64,000 nucleotides of DNA from Utricularia gibba (taxonomy: Eukaryota > Plantae > Magnoliophyta): positions 1,922,001 through 1,986,000 of the forward strand of contig NEEC01000011.1 of assembly GCA_002189035.1 (NCBI GenBank), given 5' to 3'. Shown here piece after piece: positions 1-12,838 of the stretch. A program made the translations under genes and the position numbers. Positions within the stretch are counted from its first letter, which is position 1. The number at the start of each line of letters is the position of its first letter. The notes beneath the pieces were generated by a model. The model did no database searches, had not been told where the DNA came from, and saw nothing but the letters and a program-made list of their open reading frames with translations.

Positions 1-901
1 TATGCGGAAGATAAAGAATGAGTTCATGACTCACTGGGATGGTTTGAGGACTAAACCTGGCGAAAGAATTCTTGTTCTTGCTGCTACCAATAGACCATTT
101 GATCTCGACGAAGCAATCATCCGGCGCTTTGAGAGGAGGTACTAAATAGAACATAGTATTGCATTTGTCATCATCAACTCGCCTTTTAGAAACAGAACCA
201 TCACCATACTAGTTTTTTTCTCAAAAGCAGAATAATGGTCGGCCTGCCATCAAGTGAAAACAGAGAGAAGATCTTTAGGACTCTGTTGGCCAAGGAAAAA
301 GTTGATGACAGCCTAAATTTCATGGAGCTTGCATCTCTGACAGAAGGATATAGTGGGAGTGACATTAAGGTTTTGGGACTTCCAGTATACTCCTCTAGAG
401 CACAATGCATTTTATTTTGTCTTTAAACGAAGTGTTTCAAACAGAACTTATGTACAACGGCTGCTTACCGGCCTGTTCGAGAGTTGATAAATCGTGAGAG
501 GCTGAAGCATCTGGTAAATGATCAAACTAAAGTCTTCTGTATTTTCTCTTCTTTTTTGTGATTTCCTATCCCCTTGTTCCATGGCCATAACACCAGCAGC
601 AGGATAAAAATGAAGGGAGCCAATTGGGAACATCCACAACAACTGAAAGGGTGATCACAATTCGGCCTTTGACGATGGAAGATTTCAAGGTGGCTAAGAA
701 TCAGGTAAATCATCAGTCAAAGTTATCTGGAAGCAAAGTTGATTGAATCAGTTGAAAATACTCGATGTGTCGTGATACCTGCATCAGGTGGCGGCTAGTT
801 TTGCTGCGGAAGGTTCCATAATGTCTGAACTGAAACAGTGGAATGAAATGTATGGAGAAGGTGGCTCAAGGAAGAAAGAACAACTCTCGTACTTCCTATG
901 A
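1..901 (+). CDS. AAA-type ATPase, C-terminal exons only (spastin/MSP1-like plant family, At1g64110/At4g28000-like); gene starts before the window
   Basis: Exons 1-138, 231-369, 445-513, ~597-704 and 788-901 join in frame at GT-AG sites. They encode [37 protein letters not shown] (sensor-1/SRH), [27 protein letters not shown] and [34 protein letters not shown]. Confidence 0.93.
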
Positions 902-1956
902 GGATTAGATGTTCCTCTCCTGAAACAAAGCGGTTTTCCTCTTCCTTTATACATTAAAGTCCACCAAGTTGTGTAGCACAGTGTGTGATCGATAGAGAAT
1001 ATATTGATGTGTAAGTGTTGATATTGATCAGTTGTATTTGCATTTGAAAGTGGGTAATGTTGTTGTTGTTCAAAAACAATGAACAATGCTCTTTAAAAAC
1101 CAAGAAATAGAAGCCCTTGCAGATTCAGTTCAACAAAGCAGCACACAACACAGACAGGTTCAAAAACAGACACCATAAACATAATTGGGAAGTCAGATGC
1201 CTGAGCTAACTTTCAACAAAACAGAGTAGTCACTTACAGCTTGTTGGCACTTGCATATCTGTTGTTGGATACTTCTGCTTCTGTTGCTCATATTTAGGGA
1301 TGTGCCTTATAGACACAGGGGTAATCCTTACCACCCTCTCGATTTTTGTATTGTTTGGTATGGAAAACCAGATTCCATCATCTCGTTCCATAGGGATTTC
1401 CATGGCCATTTTCATCCAGAAACATCCCTGGGCTAGAATGCTCTGGGCAGCAAACTAAGAGAGGGGGAGCATTTAGGAGTTCCTCATGCTGACGCCTCAC
1501 ATACATCTCAATGCTAATAACAAGGCAAAAGTGACTTCCTTTGTTTCTAATACTATTCTTTGCGTAAATATCAGGAATACGTTCTTGCACCATGCCATCA
1601 AAGCATCCTGGGAATGGGGATTCACCATTCGATCCATTTATCATGATCCACAAGCGAAAGGAAGCAGTCCGTAAAAAAAAATGCAGATGCATATGGATTA
1701 CATAGCCAGGGAAGCAAGAGAAGATTATCTTAATGTGGAACATTCCAAAGTGCTACAAAGCAATGGTGCACTGCTGAAAACTAGTTTCAGCCTTGACATA
1801 ATAATACAGGGGTGGGTGGTGGGAGGGGCATCCGCTTTACAGGTGAAAACTATACATGAACCTAACGTTCGGCACAATCAGAAACAAGATACAATTAAAA
1901 TGACAAGAAGAGCAGAGGAACTTGCCTAGATATCCACTAGCCAATGATTCAGGGCA

Positions 1957-4900
1957 TCAAACAGCTGACCTCCAGAACTTATGTCGACTGCTATCAGGCC
2001 ACTCTGAAATTCGCCGGGGTTTGATGAAGGACTTGTGTACGTGGTTGGAATCAGAAACATATCTTCCAGCTGAGAGTAACTTAGTATGCCGTGACTTAAT
2101 GAGAGATGAGGCAGACCGGTGTGGTGGTCCTCTTCGCACAGGCTGATCGTGCAAATGATCATCCATGGAGAGTCTTCGCTTCTTTAAGGGAAAGCCATCA
2201 CCACCAATTTTAAATGGACTGGATTGCCTGGTTTTTGGCTTTGAATCATCTGATACTTTATTACTCCTCTGCGTTACATTCAACTTTTTTGATTTAGCAG
2301 CTATCTGTGAAGAGTTTCTGGTCGACTTCAACGTTTCAGATGAACCACCCATTGATTGTGCAGCAATGTGTAAGAGCGTGTGAGCAGCCGCAAAGTCATC
2401 TAGAAAAATCAAACACCAACATAAACATGGCAACTAATGATGTATGCCAACAAAATTGAAAATATTAAAAAAAACAATCAAGTCATCAACCATAATGTCG
2501 GAAGACAACAGGAATATGATGGCATATATAGCTTAAGATCGTTGTTTTAGTAAATCATTGCATTACGAGTTAATATAATTCTATACTTGATTGTCTGTCA
2601 TCATCATTGTGAAAATTGACTGGGTCACCCAAATCTGATTCATTATTCTTAACACATCAATAATCATGGATCTATGTTTAAACGCACAGAGCATCATCAG
2701 AATATTTATTTTCCACAGTGATCAACAAAAACACATTTGAATTTTATTCCTGGCGAATGCCTGTTTTACGTTGAATTATCTACGCCTTAAACAATACTAG
2801 TTCTCAAAAATCCATGCCAACAGAAAAGTAGCATATTTACCTCCGTGGGCTTGTAGAGATGAGTTCGCAACAGAGGAAGATAAAAGTCTTTCAGTTGCAG
2901 CAATTCGATCTTCCGGTTGCTCAGAAAAACAACTTACTGGCGGAACTAAACTTTGGTTGAACTTCAGTGATTCGAAGTCCACATGTAAAGACTCTGACCC
3001 TTTCTGACACACAACAGAACTGTTTACACTTACCCATCTACCTTGGCATAATGCTCGGCATGCAGATAACTTTAAGGCATCAAGCCCCAACTTGTTATGT
3101 CCAGAAAAGGAATGAGACCACGGAAAGGGAGGCAGACCACATTGGTAAGAAGCTGCTTTAGCTGAGCGAGTATCGCTGCTATTTCTGGATGAGGTGACCT
3201 TGCTCCTGTCGGACAAGAGCAAATCTGACACTGTTGGCTGAGGTAGCACTAGGCGATCCAAGATATCCCTTGGATGATGAAGAGGGGGATAAACTGCAGC
3301 TAAAGACTTGATCTTGCCAACGGAATCTTGGACCTTGAAATGAAAGAACAGTCCTCCCAAATTTCAACAATCAAAAAAGATGAATGACTGAAGCCAATAT
3401 TAAAGACATGTGCCGCACATCTGAAGTTCCGGGCAAGAAGAATGCTTTTTCTTGTACATTTCTTATAAACTTCAGTTAAAAATTTTAATATAAGAAGGCC
3501 AGCTTAGGCGTGCAGCTAGTGAAGGAAAATTCATACAATGATAATTTCATAAATCAAGTATAAAAATATGACCACTGACAAAAAATTACGCTCACAGGAA
3601 TAACTATTTTCTTAAGTGGAAGTGTCATTTTGATGGGACGTATGAAAAAAAAAGTATATCCTAACCTTGTCACATGACATGTGATCTGCATTCCCCACAC
3701 CTCTGGTGGCCTCATCAGTTTGTTCCACATCAGAGACATCAGGAGGCAATGCAGTGGATACATCCAGGACACTATCGTTCTCAAGTTCAGCACGATTTTC
3801 AGCCTGCAAAACCTTTTGGGCTCCAAATATGGAGCATACCTTTTGAACTGACTGTAAAACAATAGCATTTGACTCAGCATCCCTTTTCCCCTTCTCCTCA
3901 GAAACTCTAGGATAGCTACATCCTCCCTTAAGTAGCTCATCTAATGACATCTCCTCAACATATTTAGATATATCAAGGGCATCAGGCGTTTGACCACATT
4001 TTCCTGAAGTTCTTCGAAATCAGATTAGTCATACAAAAATAGGACGACATCAGAAACAAGGCTCTCGAGTGATGATTGTACAACAGTACAACGGAAACAA
4101 GGTGAATAGTTTAAATTACATATTCATGAATCCCTCAAAATGTATGCTTTTGCGACTCTAATAGCAAATAAGAGCATGACCACCCAAAGATTGCGAAATT
4201 TATAAGATAAACTTGATCAGCACATTATGAAGCTCTTATTACCAACAAACACTGATGAAAGATAGGCAAGGAAATTATTATGAAAAACCTAGAGTTATGC
4301 TATGTACTAACAGCAACTTGGTATAGTTGGTTATGTGCAGTAACATAATATTAAATTTGATTAAAAACCAATATCCATACCTGAAAAATCATTTACTCCA
4401 AAATTAGAAGAAAAGCCAATGAGCCCATTCTTCGAAAAGGATGACTCATGTTTGTTCTTGCATCGAACTTTAGTATTTCTTTTATCCCCTCTTCCACAGG
4501 AAAAGTTATGTTTTTCCTTAAGGGTCTGGTTTTTCCCTGTAAACATAAAGAGGCACTAAATTATTGTCTAAATCTGTTTTCTCCTGAAAACAGTATCGAG
4601 CAGGCAAATAATGGTCAAACATTCAACAACAGCTAGAAAATTAAATCGCCAAAGGAGATGTATCACAAACATGAAGCCAGTCAAAATGGTTATATTTGAG
4701 ATTAGTCCCAAACCTCAAAACAGTTCTACATATCATCTTACAGTTGAAACTTGTCAGCAGAAAATATCAATGTCCTTTTTTGTGAATTAAAAATCCCCTG
4801 TGTAACCTCAGTTTTTGCGTTCTCATATTTTATTCTCATGAGACATACAACTGCGACATTTGGTCAATGATGTACAGGGGTCATGCTAAAAAAGATTTTA

Positions 4901-4988
4901 TATGAGAGAAGTCGACAATCAATGCATGGCATGCCAGTACCCGCTGACCGGCATTAGGACATCGACAACAAAAGAATTCCAATCTCAT
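1957..4988 (-). CDS. Uncharacterised plant protein, ~489 aa (resembles At1g64050-type family from memory)
   Basis: Exons 4988-4949, 4536-4381, 4003-3666, 3333-2841 and 2399-1957 have compatible phases and total 1470 nt with no internal stop. Peptides include EEMSLDELLKGG, LGLDALKLSACRALCQGRWV and DDFAAAHTLLHIAAQS. The first coding exon and start codon are less certain; non-coding 5' exons probably extend to ~5600. Confidence 0.78.
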
Positions 4989-6278
4989 TCTTGATTCTTG
5001 TATTATAGTGACGCTGTAATGAAATCATGAATTTGTTGTGACAAACTAAACATCTTGGAACTTGAAAGCCCATCACGATATTAGATGCCTTCATCTTGTA
5101 ATCTTTTAACGAGGTGATAAACTGCTGTCAAAGCCATCTAAAAATCTCTGAAAAAGTTATTTCTTAATCCAGGAGAATCCACCGATTTAGAAATTAGCAT
5201 ATAGGGGGAATATATATGAACTTGGACAACAACAGATGGCAGCACGATAGAAATTGTAGGAAAAAAAGCTCTCAAGATTGTTAAAAAAAGACGCCTAAAA
5301 AGTACGTATTTCAAAAACAAAAAAAAGAATTTTTTTTCCGGATCCAAATCTCACGCAGGCCAATTAGCAGCACATAAATTAGTCTATTCACCTTTCTTCC
5401 CAACGGAAGCTCCAGCAACTTCCGTCTGCCACACATCTCTCCCCAAAGCCACGTTGCTTCTGCCACCCACAGAGCCATCCAGTGATCCCAAGAGCTCCGG
5501 CGGATCGGGAGCAACCGGGAGAGCCACCTCGCCCACCGCTTTCATTCGATCTCAGTCGTCCGAAACTGAAAATAGGGTCAAGAGAATCCCCATCTGAACC
5601 GGTCACTAATAGAGTAAAAACTTCCTTATGGCTGCAGCCGCGTTGGAAAAGAGTTCCACAATGACCTGCATACTGCGGCCCAGGTGTGAGCGCGATCTAG
5701 GGCAGGGATCGTAGGCGAAAGGGGGAAGAAGAATACGATACTTATAGCTTTCGAAAAACAAAAATAAAATAAAAGAAAATGTGGATAATTAAATTTAAAG
5801 AAAATTGACATGTCATGAATCACGGGTCACGAGCGGCGACCCCACCCCAGTAAAGCTGACGTCACCCACCATGGTAAATCCCACTACTTTGTCTTAATAA
5901 TGTTTTTGTATTAACATTTTTATTTTTTAATAATATCAAATTAATAATAATAATAATAAACAATATATGTACTAACATTTTATCGTGTTTTCGGGTTGCA
6001 TAACATTGGCGTTGGATTAGAAGTAAACTTGTAGCCTGGGGGTTGAGAAGATTCAGCTATGCAAACTCTTGCTATATATCTCATGTCTATCCTTTTATTT
6101 TGCACAGTCCATGAACAAATGAAGAGATGTACCTATATATGTCTTCAATAGGTTGACGAAATGACAGCAGCAGGGTAGCATATATTTGTTCCGGGCAGCA
6201 TATGTTGCTCCATTGAACATCCATGTATCAGAGAAGGTTGCAGTGGCCACTTTTGCTTATTCTACTTTACAAATAGGC

Positions 6279-6292
6279 AGAGAGAGAGAGAG
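6279..6292 (+). repeat. (AG)7 microsatellite
   Basis: Read directly; lies just 3' of the stop codon of the gene at 6436-8645. Confidence 0.9.
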
Positions 6293-6435
6293 GGAGCACA
6301 ACCTCGTAGGTGATGGTGATCCTTGCAGTGCTTTTCTAGTCTAGTGTTTCTCTAGTTAGGAAGAGAGCCTTCCAAGAAGCCTCTGATGCGTATCAACTGT
6401 CAACCGCAAGGGATATTAGACCAGGAGGACAAAGT

Positions 6436-8645
6436 TCAGCTTACCCCAGGAGAGAAGGGCCAGCTCTTGCGTAGATTTCCATCTTCAGTTTCTTTTGTAC
6501 ACCATACACATGAGCCGGTCTGTGGTTCATTGGGGTTTGCTTCATCTGCTCCACCAAATATGAAGTCTTTCGAGGATCCAAGAGTGATCGTCCTTTTCTT
6601 CTCATGTTGGTGGTGATGCTTTAGTTGCTCTTCTGAGGAAGGATTTTGATTTGTAGAATCAGACCATGCACACTCGTGCTTTTCTGCCAAGACTACTGCT
6701 GCCTCCTTATCTTCATCTTCTTCCACTATGCGTTCTACATTCTTCTTCACCTTGAGCAAAGATGGAATATGGTCTACAGGTGTTAGTGTGCCTTCAACTC
6801 CAATCTCAAAGGAAAGTCTATGAGGCTCATGAGCTTCCAGTTCACTTTGTGTTCTTGAAAGTGATAAGAAATACTGATTTTGCCGATCCAAACCAGCCCT
6901 TGGAGTTGCTACAGTGGATCCGGGATGTGAACCCCACTCTTGAAGCACAATTTTTTCAAGGTCCAGGAGTTTAGGAGGGCATGCAGATAGGTTTACCACT
7001 TTTCTGAACTCACTATCCCGGAAAGGTGATGACGTGCCAGAATAAGAGATACCAGAGCAAGGTGAGATCAAATGGCTCACTGGACTACCTGGTTGAAGAT
7101 GGTAGTTTTGAAACTCATACTGAGGGGACTGGTATCTCCGACAATTTCCATCACCAGGGAGAGATGGCTCAAGAAGCTGTGCAAATGGCACTTCAGGTGA
7201 AGAAGGTGTTGTCAATTGTACAGATTCTGGGGGAGGAGTAAAGGTTGCGGTTGATGGCTCCGTGGGAAAGCATGAAAAGACAGGGGGAGAAACTAGCTGA
7301 GTCTCATACGCATATGGTCCAATGGCAAACATTGAGTGAGTACAACCAGGAGAATACATGCCAGCAGATAGACTTAATGATGATACCGTGGCAGTCGGAG
7401 ATTGAACAACTGAAGGAGTTTCTGATGGAAGAAATGATGCAGGAGAAGAAGGAGGTGCAATAAATGGCAGCACAAGAGGCAGCGGCTGGGAAGCATTTTG
7501 AGCGGCCACGGAATCAGGATATGTAACAAGAGTATCCGGAACAATGACGGCAGACCCAATTCTTTTACTCTTATTCAACCCGAAACACCAGCAACTACTG
7601 AAGCAGCTTTCCCATCTTTTCTGCAGGATACAAGTAATAGCACTTGAGCACTTCTCGATAACAATCTTTTAGCCTTGATAAAAGAAATTGATAAATGACC
7701 ATAAGGATAAAAAAATGAAAAGAAAAATATATACTCATTTGGGGAAAATTTCGTAATCAACCAAGACTACAACAGTAACCAAAGACCTTAACATAATGCA
7801 CACAGTCAAACAAACATGAGACTACGAGCCCTAAACCAAGTATCATACACAATTCGTTAATGCATCATGGTATGATCCGACAGCACTAGTTCTAGAAGCC
7901 CCCAATCTGCAACACCAAGTTGCTGCTAAGAAGATTTTCAGTATATTCATCATGGAGAAAAAGAGTATAAGTAGGACGAGATGACATGAAATGTCATGTA
8001 CAATACTTGTCATAAAAAGGGAGTCAAATTGGGATTCATCGAAAAAAAAGCCGGTCAACAGCGGATGCTACAAGATATCATGTAGAGTTTTTTATTATCT
8101 TTTTTATCAGTACAATATATCATGTAGAGAGAGTGTTTCAGTGGTCAACCAAATAATAGCTAAATAGGGAAGCTAACAGATCTAGTCTCCATGAGCTGGT
8201 GCCAGAAAGCCTTGCCTATTTGTATTGGAATGGAAAATTAGGGTGCTCCTTATAATATTAACGATGCTTGTTGGCAATAACTCTCACGAAGCCCCAGAAT
8301 CAAGCAAAATCCATGATGACAGAAAAATTTCAGGACAATCCACCCATCACGAGACAAACAAAACGAAATGAAATTGTGTAAGTCCAGTCTATTCAGACCG
8401 AAAATCTGGAGTTCATCAGTAAAATCAAAAAGGCATACAAGATGGTGAACAATTGTCATCCGATCTCCTATATTTATCAGTAACGAAACAAACTGCAACA
8501 GCTAAACAAACGCGAAATTCAAAGCGCGACCTCCTGATACCTGAGCCGAAACACGGTCGCCGCGAGCCTCGACGCCTGCAATCGCCGCTGCGGCGGCGTT
8601 TATGGTCTGCAAAGCATCTGTTCCGCCGTTAACTCCTCTCGCCAT
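6436..8645 (-). CDS. PSSP-rich uncharacterised protein, At5g52430/At1g76660 family ('hydroxyproline-rich glycoprotein family'), 429 aa
   Basis: Exon 1 (8645-8541, MARGVNGGTDALQTINAAAAAIAG..Q) joins exon 2 (7620-6436) in phase 0. Family motifs: KRWESCFSSCWCFG, FIAPPSSPASFLPSE, SMFAIGPYAYETQLVSPPVFS, TTPSSPEVPFAQLL and LQPGSPVSHLISPCSG. Confidence 0.9.
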
Positions 8646-8826
8646 CGTCAACTCATCAAACGGCGGAAATCGCGCAGGGAGCTTCTAACACACAAGCGTA
8701 TAGAGCACCGAGAAATCTAGCTTCAGCCAAAAGCCAACGCTCGGAGTCAAAACAACACACGGCAACGCACTTTAAAGAACACCAAATTGACAGACGCGGA
8801 AGTAGAAGGCTTCAGTGCAAAACACC

Positions 8827-8873
8827 ATTAATTAATTAATTACACAATATAATTAATTAATTAATTAATTAAT
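8827..8873. repeat. Two adjacent (TTAA)n self-complementary tracts
   Basis: attaattaattaatta at 8827-8842 and aattaattaattaattaattaat at 8851-8873, ~200 bp upstream of the ATG at 8645. Confidence 0.85.
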
Positions 8874-10270
8874 TTGTTGTGCTATTGATGAAAATTGATT
8901 ATTGCAGCAACTAACAATATTATTTTGATGGAATTTTGAACCTGGAATTCGCACATCTGTATCACGTGTCAAAAGGTCATCTATGCCCATGAATATTAAA
9001 AATACTATGGGGAGAAAAATGATAAAAATATAAACAAATGGGATTGAATTGGAAATAGGGGAAAATGAGAAAATAAATGATAAATTGATATGGGAGGGGA
9101 GGCGTAGGCCCCCTTCCCTATAGCGTAGCCGCCAAGCCATGACTTGTTATCTTCAATCATAGAGTTTTGGTGTAACAATTATTTGCTTTGGGTTACCATA
9201 ATTAAGCGTTACATAATTTATTGAATTTGAAGTTAAAATTATGGGACTTTAAAAATGGAATTTTTGGAAATAAATTTTTATGATTAAAAAATAATTTTAA
9301 AAAAATCATCTATTTTTATTTTATGATAATTATTTATTGAAAAGTAAATATTGAAGCCCAGAACCAAACATAGTTTTAATATTATATAATGAAAAATATA
9401 GGAGTTTTCTTTAATAAAGAATAAATAAAAAAATAAACCGTGTCTGGGCCCCACCTCTCAGACCGGTTCCACGCGCCACACGTGTGCACTCCAATAGGTC
9501 ATCAGGTCAAAGCGTTGCCAAGACGGGTGAATAAGCGGGGCAGTGTGCCTTGTTGGGCCTGCCCGCCCTTTTTCAGCTTAATGGGCTGTAGGCCCATGGG
9601 GAGTACAGACGCCATGGGGACAGTTGATGCTTCGGCAGTTGCATGGTTGGGGACCCAGCAAGAGCTCTGCTCTTCCTGTCCATCAAGGTGCTGCATCTTG
9701 CTCCTTTGTCTACAGCCCATTTGATGATTCGCCTCCCTTCTTTCCCGCAGTGTGTTTCTCCTGTGGTCTCTCTCAGGTTGCACAGTGTCTTTGTGCCTAG
9801 TCCATCTGCTACTCGAACCAAGCTGATACTCGTTCTAGGAGGTGCATTTTTCTGGGTTAGTCAGTCATTCGGAAAGGTGATGCCTCCTCCTATGGGTTAC
9901 TTTCTTGTAGCATATTCCTTTATCTCTCTGCCCCTACCATCATTTGAGTCTTTTCAGCCTCTCTTGATTCACCTTTATCCTTCCCTTCCTCTACTTGTGA
10001 TTTGTCTCCTCAGTCACGTTAAACCAACAAAACAAGCAAAACCAAGTTCCAAATTTCAATATGAGATTACAAGCCTAAGTATTGTTCCCTAGGTGGTTGA
10101 AGGTAACGAGGAATTCTTTTGATGCTTGGTTGAAGGAATGATTCATTTCAGAGCACAGAGATTGCTAGATGACATGATCATGAATAAAGTTTCCAATGAA
10201 ACAGACCACATGGAAGAAGGGAAGCAGTCAGTGAAACATATCATCAACAACAGCACCTGCTGTACATACA

Positions 10271-12838
10271 CTAAGCTTGCTCTCCTATGGTTGGCATGGA
10301 TGTGGTGTACTTGTATTTCAAAAAAGCTTTAATGAAGGGGTCTAGCTCACCATCCATGACAGCGGCTATGTCTGATGTCTCGTGCCCTGTCCGTACGTCC
10401 TTCACCAACTTGTACGGATGAAAAACATAGTTGCGTATCTGCTGGCCCCATTCTGCTTTCACAGCATCTCCCTTTATTTGCTTGATCTCGGATGCCCTTT
10501 GCTCCTCTGCAATCACTAACAATTTCGCCTTCAATCGGCTCATTGCTTTAATTTTATTTGCTAACTGGCTTCTCTCTTCTGTAGACACCAAAAGGAAGGC
10601 AGAGAACCGATGTAAGAAGGCTGACACTTGAGCAAGCACTTGGATGAAACGAAGCATTTACCTGTGCAACGAACGGTGACCCCAGTTGGGATGTGCGTTA
10701 TTCGAACTGCGGTTTCAACTTTGTTGACATTTTGGCCACCTTTTCCACCAGCTCTAGAAAAGCTAATCTCTAAGTCTTCCTCAGGTATTTCTACATCCAC
10801 AGAGTCATCAGGGAGAAGAGGCATCACTTCCACCCCAGAGAAACTAGTCTGCAAGTGTTGGGCATTAGAAATGATTCACAATGATCATGAGGCATGGCAG
10901 GTACTTGAACCTCAACCATTTCCTAACTACCCTTAATTACGTCAGTGAACTAAGGCGACACACCTGACGAAGCCCTTTGGCGTTGAATGGGGATTGCCGT
11001 ACGATACGGTGGGTTCCTTTCTCACCAGATAAGTAGCCATAAGCATAGCGGCCCTCTATCTCGATGCAAGCAGATTTAATGCCGGCCTCTTCTCCAACTG
11101 ACTTCTCAACAACTTTTGCTTTGTACCTCTGCTTCTCTGCCCACCTTGTGTACATTCTTAGAAGCATGTCAGCCCAGTCCTGCACTGGTGTATGACAATT
11201 AAGAGATTACATAAACCAAAAGCCTTGTAGATAAATAAAAACTAAATTCTTGATCCTGCCAAATAGGTTCATTTTAGAAGAATTTGAGATCATGAACAGT
11301 CAGTCAGAACTGCTCTGGTTCATTATACCATTCTCATTATTCATCAACCTGGCTGACTTGCTTCTGAATCAGTAAGCTTGCTCATTATTTACCTGAGCAT
11401 CTGTACCCCCAGCTCCAGCACTAATGCTGACAATAGCTCCCTCCTTATCATATGGCCCAGATAAGAGTTGACTCAGCTCAAATCGATCCAATGCCTTTCT
11501 CAATTCTTTGATGATGCCAGCAGCTTCTTGAAAAAGCCCTGCATCAATGGAGTCCATTTCCTCCGTAAGCTTGACAATGGTTTCCGCATCCTCGACCTAC
11601 AATTCAATGTTCCAGAACCTGATCATTCTCCAACAATCACCCAAAAACTGCCCAGAATCGTTTGATTGATGAACTTTACAGGAGGAAGTAAACACCTGTC
11701 TTTGAAACTCATTAAGAAGACGAATTTTATCTTTGACATCAGTCAAAGCCTGTAGAGTCTGCTGAGCTTTGGCACGATCATCCCATAAACCACTATCACC
11801 AACAGCCGCCTCCAAGTCTGCAAGAGTTACTTCAAGTTGCTTCAAACTAGCCGACTCTCTAAGCTCTTTGACACGTTCTGAAGTTGTTTCCACTTCTTTT
11901 CTCAAGGTATAAAAATCTGCAAACGATGGTTTACATAGCTTCATGAACAAAAGGTGATTAACACAGATAGGCAATAGGAGATGACAATGCATGTCCAGTT
12001 GAAATAAACCCGAGGAAAAAAAAATAGATCAATGTGCCTCAATTAAACAAGTTGCTAGTCAATGAAGTTTGGTTTAAGGTTGCAGTTTCATCCACCAATG
12101 TCAAGTCGGCATTATATCTAACATCATGTGTAATTTGAGGGAAACATGGGAGATTAACCCACCACTTGTCTCTCAAATTACCAACCGGTTAAAGTCAACC
12201 AAAAGCTTCACAAGTTCACGAAAAAACAACAGTATACTTAATGACTGCTTTCAAATAAGAGTTGGTGCTCACATTAGAACATACCTTGCATTGCCCATTC
12301 ACTCGTTTCCGTGCTCACACTAACATCAGAAGATGCGAAGAGAACACCAGGACATTCTCCTGGATGAGTTAACAAAAGCACTTCAGTTATTTGGACAAAA
12401 TTATAGCTCATACATCTTTCTAGCATTTTTAAAAAGGACACCCACGAACCGAATCAGTGAAAAACAACAAAATCAAGCCCCGCATATTACTAATTTGAAC
12501 TCAATACTAAAATCCTCAACTTGTATATAAAGTAATAGGGCTCATCACAATCACAAAGAACCTTTAGATTCTTGAGACACAAAACAAACTTGACAAGGCA
12601 AATCCACTTACTCGAAATACAAGAAAGAGAAAGGGGTAAAGTGAAAAGAGCACATGCCAATTGATAACGGGCGTGGGCAATGCTGGAAACATGACCAGCG
12701 TGGAGGAGGATAACCGTGCTTATTCGGCGTCCGCCAAAATCCAGACGCCTTTTGCTCCCTCACAGAACTTGAAACAAGAATCTGTTGCCGCCGGGGCGCT
12801 GCTTGACCAAAGGGAATAGGAAGGACTGCACCCTCCAT
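10271..12838 (-). CDS. PRFB1: Chloroplast peptide chain release factor 2 (PrfB1/HCF109)
   Basis: Seven coding exons: 12838-12658 (or an alternative donor), 12359-12285, 11916-~11694, ~11598-11392, ~11182-10962, ~10848-10661 and ~10578-10271. They contain the RF2 SPF motif ([15 protein letters not shown]), GGQ ([18 protein letters not shown]), [19 protein letters not shown] and [19 protein letters not shown], with an N-terminal transit-peptide-like region. Confidence 0.95.

Noticed and set aside
1230-1900. ORFs of 60-120 aa between the two convergent genes
   Set aside because: No motif recognised and the frames do not splice to either gene; best treated as 3' UTR or intergenic.
9720-9828. Possible C/D snoRNA (TGATGA ... 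CTGA)
   Set aside because: No terminal stem and no recognisable rRNA antisense element; the motifs are expected by chance.
10271-12838. Bacterial-style programmed +1 frameshift in prfB
   Set aside because: Exons join in frame without a CTT-TGA shift site; this is a normal nuclear-encoded plastid RF2.
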